The translations under genes were made by a program, and so were the position numbers. DNA of 64,000 nucleotides from positions 314-64,313 of the forward strand of contig JAJRXC010000083.1 in assembly GCA_024276495.1 (NCBI GenBank), written 5' to 3'. Source of the DNA: Actinomycetes bacterium. Its GTDB lineage: Bacteria; Actinomycetota; Acidimicrobiia; Acidimicrobiales; Aldehydirespiratoraceae. Under the pieces are notes generated by a model that was not told the DNA's origin, did no database searches, and was given only the letters and a program-made list of their open reading frames with translations. This document shows, piece by piece, positions 56,593 to 64,000 of this stretch (positions are counted from its first letter, which is position 1; the number at the start of each line of letters is the position of its first letter).

Positions 56593-57057
56593 ATGACCGA
56601 CGAGGAGCCCACTCCCGAAGATCAACCCGAACCGGCCGTCTCCGACCCGGCGAAGCTGATTCGGCTCGGGACCATGCTCCAAACGCTGATGGCCGAGGTT
56701 CGCGGTGCCGACACCGACGAGGAGAGCCGCCGTCTTCTGGCCCGAATCCACAACGAGACGATGGACGAGCTCGGCACCGTGTTGTCGAGCGACCTGATGG
56801 AAGAGCTCTCCGAGTTCACCAGCTGTTGCGACGCCGATGGCGTCCCGACCGAAGCCGAGATCCGGGTCGCCCAGGCCCAGCTCGTCGGTTGGCTGCAGGG
56901 ACTGCTCCAGGGCCTGCAGGCCTCCGTCATCGCCCAGCAGGCGGCTGCCGCCCGCCAGTTCCAGCAGCTCGCCGCGAACCGCCGGTCGATTCCGGGCCCC
57001 GGGGGCCCCGGGGCCCGCCCGTCCTCGCTGCCCGAACAAACCGGCACGTACCTCTGA
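56593..57057 (+). CDS. bpa: Bacterial proteasome activator (Bpa/PafE)
   Basis: PAKLIRLG, EIRVAQAQLVGWLQGL, C-terminal GTYL (HbYX). Confidence 0.92.
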   Translation: MTDEEPTPEDQPEPAVSDPAKLIRLGTMLQTLMAEVRGADTDEESRRLLARIHNETMDELGTVLSSDLMEELSEFTSCCDADGVPTEAEIRVAQAQLVGWLQGLLQGLQASVIAQQAAAARQFQQLAANRRSIPGPGGPGARPSSLPEQTGTYL

Positions 57058-57091
57058 CCCTGTCCACCCACAGAATCCTCGGTGAACGAAC

Positions 57092-57799
57092 ATGCCCACA
57101 TCAACCGATATCCTCGTACCCGGCACCGATGGCGAGATCCCCGCCGTGCTCTGGCTCCCCGAGTCGGGCCGGGGCCCCGGCATCGTCTTGATCCAGGAGA
57201 TCTTCGGTGTCAACGGCTACATCCGTGACGTGGCCGATCGCCTCGCCGCCGATGGGTATGTGGTCCTCGCCCCGCACATGTTCTGGCGGATCGACGACGA
57301 CTTCGTCATCGAGGCGACCGGTCCTGACGATCTCCCGGCGGCGTTCGAGGTCGCGGGACGACACGACCCGGCCGACGGGGTCGAAGACCTGGGCGCGGCG
57401 ATCGCCCACCTCCGGGCCCGGCCCGACGTCGACGGCCCGGTCGGTGTGATCGGCTTCTGCTTCGGGGGATCGATGGCCTATCTCGCGGCGGCCGCCCACG
57501 ATCCGGCCTGTGCGGTCTCGTACTACGGTTCGATGATCGGCGCGAACCTCGACCGGGCGGCGTCGATCACCGCCCCGATCCTGTTCCACTTCGGCGGCGA
57601 CGACCCCTATCTCCCCCGAGAGGATGTCGAGGGGCTGCGGGCGGCGACCGCGGAGATGGACAACGTCGAGATCATCGTCCACGACGGCGCCGGCCACGCG
57701 TTCGACAACCATCGCAATCCCATGTTCTCGAACCCCGACGCCGCGAGCGCGGCGTGGGCGACGACCCGCGCTTTTCTCGCCACCCATCTCTCGCGCTGA
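57092..57799 (+). CDS. Dienelactone hydrolase family protein
   Basis: QEIFGVN, GFCFGG, GHAF. Confidence 0.93.
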   Translation: MPTSTDILVPGTDGEIPAVLWLPESGRGPGIVLIQEIFGVNGYIRDVADRLAADGYVVLAPHMFWRIDDDFVIEATGPDDLPAAFEVAGRHDPADGVEDLGAAIAHLRARPDVDGPVGVIGFCFGGSMAYLAAAAHDPACAVSYYGSMIGANLDRAASITAPILFHFGGDDPYLPREDVEGLRAATAEMDNVEIIVHDGAGHAFDNHRNPMFSNPDAASAAWATTRAFLATHLSR

Positions 57800-57808
57800 G
57801 CCACCGGC

Positions 57809-58095
57809 TCACACCGGCCGCTCGGCCCTGAGCGAGTACAGCGGGGGAAGGGCGGGCCGGTTGGCGGGCAGGCGCCACACTCCGTCGCCGGTCACGTTGT
57901 GGGTCGTTTCCGCCCTGCGGTCGACATAGCTGCCGGGCGCGTCGAACACGGTCCCTCCCACCGAAAGTACGAGCGTTCGAGATCGGTGTCGTTCCGGTAG
58001 AACGCCGACGTCTCGTGCAGCGGCGCCCGCTCGTCCCACCAGGCGTGGTTCAGGTCGCGCCAGCCGTCGGGGTCGGGAAGGTCAGATGCCGCCAT
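57809..58095 (-). pseudogene. Internally deleted, frameshifted class I SAM methyltransferase remnant
   Basis: N-terminal NHAWWDERAPLH...FY and C-terminal PGSY...HN...WRLP...LPPLYSLRA segments, but no SAM-binding core; only 287 bp. Confidence 0.6.
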
Positions 58096-58948
58096 GCCAG
58101 TCGCGGAGCGCGGCCGCGATCTGCGGGCCGGAGTCCTCCTGGATGAAGTGGAGGCCGGGGACCGTCACTTCGGTCTGGTTCGGCCACGTGCGACAGAGCT
58201 CGCGCTGACGACCGACCAGGATCGTGCCGGGGTCGGCGTTGACGAACAGCTTCGGCACCGGGCTCGACGAGAGATGCTCGCCGTAGGCCGCGACGATCGC
58301 CACCACATCGGCCGGCTCCCCCGCCAGCGGGATCTCTCGGGGCCAGGTCAGCGTGGGCCGCCGACTCTCCCCCTCTTCGAGGTAGGGGCGACGGTACTCG
58401 TCGAGCTCCTCGTCGGACAGGTCCCGTATCACCGACGCCGGCAGGACCGCCTCCACGAAGAGGTTCTTCCGAAGGATCATCTCCTCGCCCGCGTCGGACC
58501 GCAGAGCCGCGAAGATGTCGCGGGCGACCTCGGGCCAGTCGTCCCATTCGAGCGGCGCGACGATCGCCTCCATGTAGCAGATGCCCTTGATCTGTTCGGG
58601 GTGACGCGCGGCCCGGTGGAATCCGAGCGCCGACCCCCAGTCGTGGATCACGAGGGTGACGTTCTCGGTGGCGCCCACGGCGGCGAACCAGGCGTCGAGA
58701 TGATCGGCGTGCTCCACGAAGCGGTAGCGGTCGGGGCCGCTGTCCGCGAGCCGGTCGCTGTCACCCATCCCGATGAGGTCGGGGGCCAACAGGCGACCCA
58801 TCCCTTCACAACCGGCCATCACGTGACGCCACAGGTACGACGATGTCGGGTTGCCGTGGAGGAAGACGACCGGATCGCCGTCGCCCTGCTCGACGTATGC
58901 CATCCGGTGCCCGTCGACGTCGACGAACTTCTTCTCGATCGCGGCCAT
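58082..58948 (-). CDS. Haloalkane dehalogenase
   Basis: FLHGNPTSSYLW, PDLIGMG, IHDWG, MEAIV, HFIQED. Confidence 0.93.
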   Translation of the reverse strand: MAAIEKKFVDVDGHRMAYVEQGDGDPVVFLHGNPTSSYLWRHVMAGCEGMGRLLAPDLIGMGDSDRLADSGPDRYRFVEHADHLDAWFAAVGATENVTLVIHDWGSALGFHRAARHPEQIKGICYMEAIVAPLEWDDWPEVARDIFAALRSDAGEEMILRKNLFVEAVLPASVIRDLSDEELDEYRRPYLEEGESRRPTLTWPREIPLAGEPADVVAIVAAYGEHLSSSPVPKLFVNADPGTILVGRQRELCRTWPNQTEVTVPGLHFIQEDSGPQIAAALRDWHGGI

Positions 58949-58981
58949 GGTCCGCCACTGTGCCACAGCTACCGTCGCTGC

Positions 58982-59788
58982 GTGGCCGACACCTCACGAC
59001 GAATCGCCTCCTGGAACGTCAACTCGATTCGTGTTCGGGTCGCGCAGGTGGTGACCTGGGCGGTCGACAACGCGATCGACGTGCTGGCGCTCCAGGAGAC
59101 GAAGTGTGGCGACGCCGACTTTCCGTTCGCCGCGTTCGCCGAGGCCGGCTACCAGGTCGCCCACCATGGCGTGAACCAGTGGAACGGCGTCGCCATCGCC
59201 AGTCGGATCGGGCTGGACGCCGTGCGCCGGGGCTTTCGGGGGCCACAACGCGAGCCGTTCGACGAGCCGAGGGTGATCGCCGCCACCGCCGACGGGGTCA
59301 GGGTCTGGTCGGTGTACGTGCCCAACGGTCGGGAGCTGTGGGACCCGCACTACGCCTACAAGCTGGTCTGGCTCGAGCGGCTTCGTCACGAGCTGAGCGC
59401 GGAAGAGGCGGTCGGGCACGCCTCGGTCGTCGCCGGCGACTTCAATGTCGCCCCCACCGATCTCGACATCTACATGCCGTCGCGCTGGCGTCGCCGCACC
59501 CACGCGTCTGCTCCCGAACGGGCGGGGATCGCCGCGCTCGTCGATCTCGGTCTCGACGACGTCACCCGCTCCCATCACCCCGGTCCCGGCGACTACACGT
59601 GGTGGAACTATCGCCCCGGACAGTTCGAGAAGGACCACGGACTGCGCATCGACCTCGCCTTGTGCTCGCCGAGCGCGGCCGCGGCCACCACCGATGTGTG
59701 GATCGACCGGGCCGCACGCGCCGTCGCCCGCCCATCGGACCATGCGCCCCTTGTCCTCGATCTCGCCACCGACCGGCTCGCTGGGTAG
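58982..59788 (+). CDS. xth: Exodeoxyribonuclease III
   Basis: SWNVNS, LQETK, YVPNG, GDFNVAP, YTWW, RID, SDHAP. Confidence 0.95.
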   Translation: MADTSRRIASWNVNSIRVRVAQVVTWAVDNAIDVLALQETKCGDADFPFAAFAEAGYQVAHHGVNQWNGVAIASRIGLDAVRRGFRGPQREPFDEPRVIAATADGVRVWSVYVPNGRELWDPHYAYKLVWLERLRHELSAEEAVGHASVVAGDFNVAPTDLDIYMPSRWRRRTHASAPERAGIAALVDLGLDDVTRSHHPGPGDYTWWNYRPGQFEKDHGLRIDLALCSPSAAAATTDVWIDRAARAVARPSDHAPLVLDLATDRLAG

Positions 59789-59798
59789 CGTCACGGCA

Positions 59799-60911
59799 AT
59801 GCGCCGCCTCCTGATCGCCGTTGCCGCTCTCGCCCTGCTCGCCGTCGCCTGTGGCAACGACGACGACACCGCAGCCGACGCCACTCCGACGACGACCACC
59901 ACGACAACGACGACCACCTCCACAACGACGACGACAACGACAACGACCACCACAACGACGCTCCCACCGCCGCCGTTTCCGACTCCCGCAGCGAGCACCC
60001 TCGAAGGAGTGCTCGGGCTCGGCCGCCCGCTGGTGATCGGTCATGCCGGAGGCGATCGCTCGTGGCCCCACTCGACGATGTTCGGGTTTCGCGAGGCCGC
60101 GGTGGCCGGCACCGACGTGCTCGAGATGGATGTGATGTTGACCGGCGACGGGGTGCTGGTCGTGCAACACGACGACACCGTCGACCGCACGACCGAAGCG
60201 ACCGGGCGGGTCCGTGACCTGACGTACGACGAACTCCAGGCGCTCGACAACGCCTACTGGGCATCGGGTGAGTGGGGCAACCACGATCTCCCCGTCGAGG
60301 AGTACACCCGCCGCGGCATCCGCACCGGAGATCGCGAACCGCCGCCGGGCTACACCCCCGACGACTTCCGGGTCGAGACATTTCGCAACGTCGCCGAGAC
60401 CTTCCCCGATCACGTGCTCGACATCGAGATCAAGGTGCCTCGCGACGATGACGGCAACGACGATCTTGAGTTCGCGATCGAAGGCGCCCGCGTGCTCGCC
60501 GACGAGATCGAGGCGCTGGGCCGCACCGACTCGGTGATCGTCGTGTCGTTCAACGACGACGTCATCGCCGCGTTCAACGAATTCGCCCCCGATGTGGCCA
60601 CCAGCCCCGGCACCAGCGCCCTGACCGACTGGTTCCTCGCCGACGCCCCGCTGCTGCCGAGCCATCGGGTCCTGCAGATCCCCCCGGTCTTCGAGGGGCT
60701 CGACGTGCCGATCGACATCCTCCGGCTGCCGGGCTTTCTCGACAAGGCCGCCGAGCTGGGCCTGGCGATCTGGGTCTGGCCCAACAACGCGGCGACCCAG
60801 GAGAACCCCGACTTCTACGAGTCGCTCCTCGAGTTCGACATCGGTGGGATCATCGCCGGCAGCCCCGAGCTGGCGGTCGAGCGCTATCGGGAGATCGGCG
60901 CCATCCCGTAG
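59799..60911 (+). CDS. Glycerophosphodiester phosphodiesterase lipoprotein with poly-Thr linker
   Basis: Lipobox LAVAC; IGHAGG, LEMDV, HDDTVDRTT, IEIK. Confidence 0.9.
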   Translation: MRRLLIAVAALALLAVACGNDDDTAADATPTTTTTTTTTTSTTTTTTTTTTTTTLPPPPFPTPAASTLEGVLGLGRPLVIGHAGGDRSWPHSTMFGFREAAVAGTDVLEMDVMLTGDGVLVVQHDDTVDRTTEATGRVRDLTYDELQALDNAYWASGEWGNHDLPVEEYTRRGIRTGDREPPPGYTPDDFRVETFRNVAETFPDHVLDIEIKVPRDDDGNDDLEFAIEGARVLADEIEALGRTDSVIVVSFNDDVIAAFNEFAPDVATSPGTSALTDWFLADAPLLPSHRVLQIPPVFEGLDVPIDILRLPGFLDKAAELGLAIWVWPNNAATQENPDFYESLLEFDIGGIIAGSPELAVERYREIGAIP

Positions 60912-60929
60912 CGGGCAAACCGCCGACGG

Positions 60930-61391
60930 CTACTCCTCACCGATGTCCTCGTTCCACAGGAGGGGCTCGGCCGCGATGAACTCCCGCATCATGGCGACAC
61001 ACGTCGGGTCCTCGGCCACCACGACCTCGACACCACGCGACGCCAGCTGTGCCTCGCCGCCGAGGAAGGTCTCGTTCTCGCCGATGACGACGCGGGGGAT
61101 GCCGTAGAGCAGGGCCGCGCCGGTGCACATGTCACACGGTGACAGGGTCGTGTAGAGCGTCGCTCCCGCGTAGGCCGAAGCCGGGAGCCGTCCCGCGTTC
61201 TCCAGGCAGTCCATCTCCGCGTGGAGCACCACACTGCCCCGCTGGACTCGGCGATTGTGGCCCCGCCCGACGATCTCGCCGCCGATCATCAGAGCGGATC
61301 CGATCGGGATCCCCCCTTCGGTCCGTCCGGCTCGGGCCTCGTCGATCGCGGCATCGAGGCCGCGGCGATCGTCGGCGTCGAGCAGCATCAC
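60930..61391 (-). CDS. Nucleoside/cytosine deaminase (fungal FCY1-like)
   Basis: HAE...TLSPCDMC zinc motif; WNEDIG. Confidence 0.92.
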   Translation of the reverse strand: MMLLDADDRRGLDAAIDEARAGRTEGGIPIGSALMIGGEIVGRGHNRRVQRGSVVLHAEMDCLENAGRLPASAYAGATLYTTLSPCDMCTGAALLYGIPRVVIGENETFLGGEAQLASRGVEVVVAEDPTCVAMMREFIAAEPLLWNEDIGEE

Positions 61392-61499
61392 AACGTTCCC
61401 GATCTCGTCATCACCGGGATCCTAGAGGCCCGGCGAAGATGAGCCGAATGACCCACGGCGCAGGGTCAAGTGGCCTCGACGACATGCCGTAGCCACAGC

Positions 61500-63170
61500 A
61501 TGGCAATCGGGCGACTGCGAGGTGCGTTGATGGCAGGGCTGGTGCTCGCGCCGTCCGCCGCGATCGCACAGCTCTCCCCGGCGATCGCCGCCGAGACGAC
61601 CGAACCACAGGAACCGCCGTGGATCGACACGTCGAACCGCGCCGAGGTTCTCGATGGCTATCTCGTCGAGTTCGACCGGGTCGAGCCCGACAGCGGCTAC
61701 GACGGCGACGCCGCGAGCTGTGTCGCCGGCTCCACGACCCAGGAGTACCGCGACAGCATCGTGGCGCGGGTGAACTGGTACCGGCGCATGGCCGGCCTGG
61801 GCCCCGTGTCCGAACGCGTCGACTACTCGACGGCAACCCAGGACGTCGCCATGATGATGTCGGCCGCGGGTGCCCTGTCGCACGCGCCGGGCGCCGACTG
61901 GCCCTGCGCCACCGCGGCCGGAAGAGACGCGGCCCCGAAGAGCAACCTCGCCCTCGGCATCAGCGGCCTCGACGCGATCGACGCCTACGTCCGCGACCCC
62001 GGGAGCAACAACTTCGCGGTCGGCCACCGCCGCACGATCTTCTACCCCCAGCTCCGCGAGATCGGCACCGGCGACGTCGAGACCCGAAACGGCACCTGGG
62101 CCGCCAACACGCTGCGGGTGTTCGACGACAACCTCTGGGGAACACGACCGGAGGTGCGCGAAGAACGCGGGTTCGTGGCCTGGCCGCCGGCCGGGTTCGT
62201 CCCGGCCGAGACCGCGTGGGGCCGCTGGTCGTTCTCGCTTCCCGGAGCCGACTTCAGCGCGGCGACGGTGTCGGTGACCGACTCCCTCGGCGCGGTCCAG
62301 GTGACCGTTCTCGACCGCATCCAGGCCGAGAACCCCGACAGCCTCATCGCTCCGGAACCCAGCATCGTCTGGGCGGTGGGCGGCGACACGAACTCGACGC
62401 CTCTCCCCGCGCCGACCAACGGCGACGAATGCTACGAGGTCACGATCGGTGGGGTGACCGTCGGTGGCGTCACCCAACCCGTCTTCGGCTATCGCACCTG
62501 TGTGATCGACCCGACCGCCGACCCGGCCACGACACCGTCGTCGGCAACGACACCGAACCGCGGGCCCGCGTCGTCCGCCGACTGCGGAGGGATCGAGTTC
62601 GGCGTCTGGACCGTGCCCTGCTGGAGTGAGGGTGCGACGCTCGGCGGGTTCACCGATGTCGTGCTCGACTGGCAGCGCGAGCCGGTGGCGTGGCTCGTCG
62701 GCAACGCGATCACGACGGGGATCACGCCGACCCGGTTCGAGCCCGCGGCGCCGCTGTCCCGGGCGCAGGCCGCGACCCTCATCTGGCGCACCGTCGGTTC
62801 CCCGGAGCCACCCACCGACGCGCCCTCGTTCGTCGACGTACCCGACGACGCCTACTACCGGAACGCCGTGCGTTGGATGGCCCGCTACGGGATCACGACC
62901 GGAACCGGCGGCGACCTGTTCTCCCCGGCCGCGCCGGCGACGCGCGCCGAGTTCGTGACGCTGCTGTGGCGCCTGGTCGACCAGCCCGCCGTCAACGACA
63001 CCCTCGGGTTCACCGATCTGACCGCGCCGTGGCAGATCGCACCGGTTCGCTGGGCCGCCACCGCGAAGATCACCACCGGAACCTCGACCACGACGTTCTC
63101 ACCCGACCTCGCGGTGAGCCGCGGCGAAGCCGCTGTCCTGCTGGCCCGTTTCGGTGCGGCCATCTCGTGA
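61500..63170 (+). CDS. Secreted CAP (SCP) domain protein with C-terminal SLH repeats
   Basis: Signal peptide; NWYRRMAGL, LSH, GHRR; three GITTG...F.P...(S/T)RA SLH-like units. Confidence 0.85.
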   Translation: MAIGRLRGALMAGLVLAPSAAIAQLSPAIAAETTEPQEPPWIDTSNRAEVLDGYLVEFDRVEPDSGYDGDAASCVAGSTTQEYRDSIVARVNWYRRMAGLGPVSERVDYSTATQDVAMMMSAAGALSHAPGADWPCATAAGRDAAPKSNLALGISGLDAIDAYVRDPGSNNFAVGHRRTIFYPQLREIGTGDVETRNGTWAANTLRVFDDNLWGTRPEVREERGFVAWPPAGFVPAETAWGRWSFSLPGADFSAATVSVTDSLGAVQVTVLDRIQAENPDSLIAPEPSIVWAVGGDTNSTPLPAPTNGDECYEVTIGGVTVGGVTQPVFGYRTCVIDPTADPATTPSSATTPNRGPASSADCGGIEFGVWTVPCWSEGATLGGFTDVVLDWQREPVAWLVGNAITTGITPTRFEPAAPLSRAQAATLIWRTVGSPEPPTDAPSFVDVPDDAYYRNAVRWMARYGITTGTGGDLFSPAAPATRAEFVTLLWRLVDQPAVNDTLGFTDLTAPWQIAPVRWAATAKITTGTSTTTFSPDLAVSRGEAAVLLARFGAAIS

Positions 63171-63247
63171 CCCGGAATCGGAGGATTCCCGCGCCGTCGT
63201 GAACCGTCCGGCCTTCGCATCTCGATAGAGGGGGAAAGGAGGCCCAT

Positions 63248-64000
63248 ATGAGGTCAACACTTCCCCCACCACCCCGACGCCCGGCCCCGCCGCCGACCTC
63301 GGCGGCAGCATCGAGCCTCGCGCCGCCACCTCCCCGCCCCGACCGGCGCCGAAACCGCACCGGATGGCGTCTGGTTCGCTGGTTCCACGTCGTCGCGATC
63401 GCGGTGGCGATCGTGACGAGCATCGTCTTCGGCTATGGGGAAGCGGGCGGAATCGTCGCCTTGTTCATCATCATCGTGCCGTTCGAGAAGATGTTCCGTC
63501 GCCACGATCAGCGCATCCGACGACCCGGGCTCCGGACCGACCTGACGTACGCGATCGTCTCCCCCGTCCTCAACGTGGCCGGGGTCGTGGCCGGTGTCAT
63601 GCTGGCCGTGGTGTTCTTCCCCCTGTTCCTTCCCGCCCTCGCCCTGCGGCCGCTCGTGCTCGGTCAGCCCAGCTGGCTCATCGCCATCGAGGCGATCCTG
63701 CTGCTCGACATCTTGATCTACTGGACCCACCGGCTGAGCCATGAGGTCGGCTTCTTCTGGCGGTTCCACTCGATCCATCATTCGAGCGAGAAGATGGACT
63801 GGATCTCCGGCATCCGTGCCCATCCACTCGACGGCGTCATCATCGTGGTCCCCGCGGTGTTCCTGCTCGTCGCCGGATTCGACTTGGAGGTCGTGGGCAT
63901 CGCCGCGGTGGTCCAGACCGTCCTCGGGTTGATGGCGCACGCCAACGTCCGCTGGCGACTGCGACCGCTTCACCGGATCGTCATGACCCCGGAGTTCCAT
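63248..64000 (+). CDS. Sterol desaturase / fatty acid hydroxylase family protein (3'-truncated)
   Basis: AAGGAGG RBS; YWTHRLSH, WRFHSIHHS, HAN, PEFH His boxes; runs off the window end, so absent from the ORF track. Confidence 0.9.
   Translation, partial: MRSTLPPPPRRPAPPPTSAAASSLAPPPPRPDRRRNRTGWRLVRWFHVVAIAVAIVTSIVFGYGEAGGIVALFIIIVPFEKMFRRHDQRIRRPGLRTDLTYAIVSPVLNVAGVVAGVMLAVVFFPLFLPALALRPLVLGQPSWLIAIEAILLLDILIYWTHRLSHEVGFFWRFHSIHHSSEKMDWISGIRAHPLDGVIIVVPAVFLLVAGFDLEVVGIAAVVQTVLGLMAHANVRWRLRPLHRIVMTPEFH

Noticed and set aside
59887-59961. ACG/ACC/ACA run as a microsatellite or phase-variation tract
   Set aside because: Mixed codons encoding a poly-Thr lipoprotein linker; frame preserved

Overview
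High-GC (about 70% by eye), gene-dense actinobacterial chromosome segment, most consistent with Acidimicrobiia (proteasome activator Bpa, F420-dependent enzymes, SLH-domain surface protein, many apparently leaderless genes). About 58 protein-coding genes were identified; no rRNA, tRNA, CRISPR array or transposase was seen. Most long ORFs in the six-frame track are shadow ORFs or over-extended starts. Most notable: (1) a 1.2-7 kb locus with an unusual FHA + degenerate gluzincin-like + ABC exporter + cNMP-like fusion, a lone GAF protein, a minimal cytoplasmic S8 protease, a divergent 78-aa small protein with an ECF-type promoter and an ECF sigma factor, which is a candidate uncharacterised peptide processing/export or signalling system; (2) a polymorphic toxin (helical N-terminus, three EF-hand-like motifs, TM hairpin, Ntox50-like tip) with a duplicated-domain immunity candidate; (3) two divergent NT5C-type HAD nucleotidases heading a PhnDCEE-type transporter with no C-P lyase genes; (4) a 715-aa unknown protein ending in a DUF2325-like domain; (5) an active/pseudo alpha-beta hydrolase lipoprotein pair. 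Small sequence lesions: a 47-bp inverted-duplication insertion in a USP gene, two 1-bp deletions in an AAA ATPase, and an internally deleted methyltransferase remnant. All family assignments come from motif recognition by eye, not from database searches.
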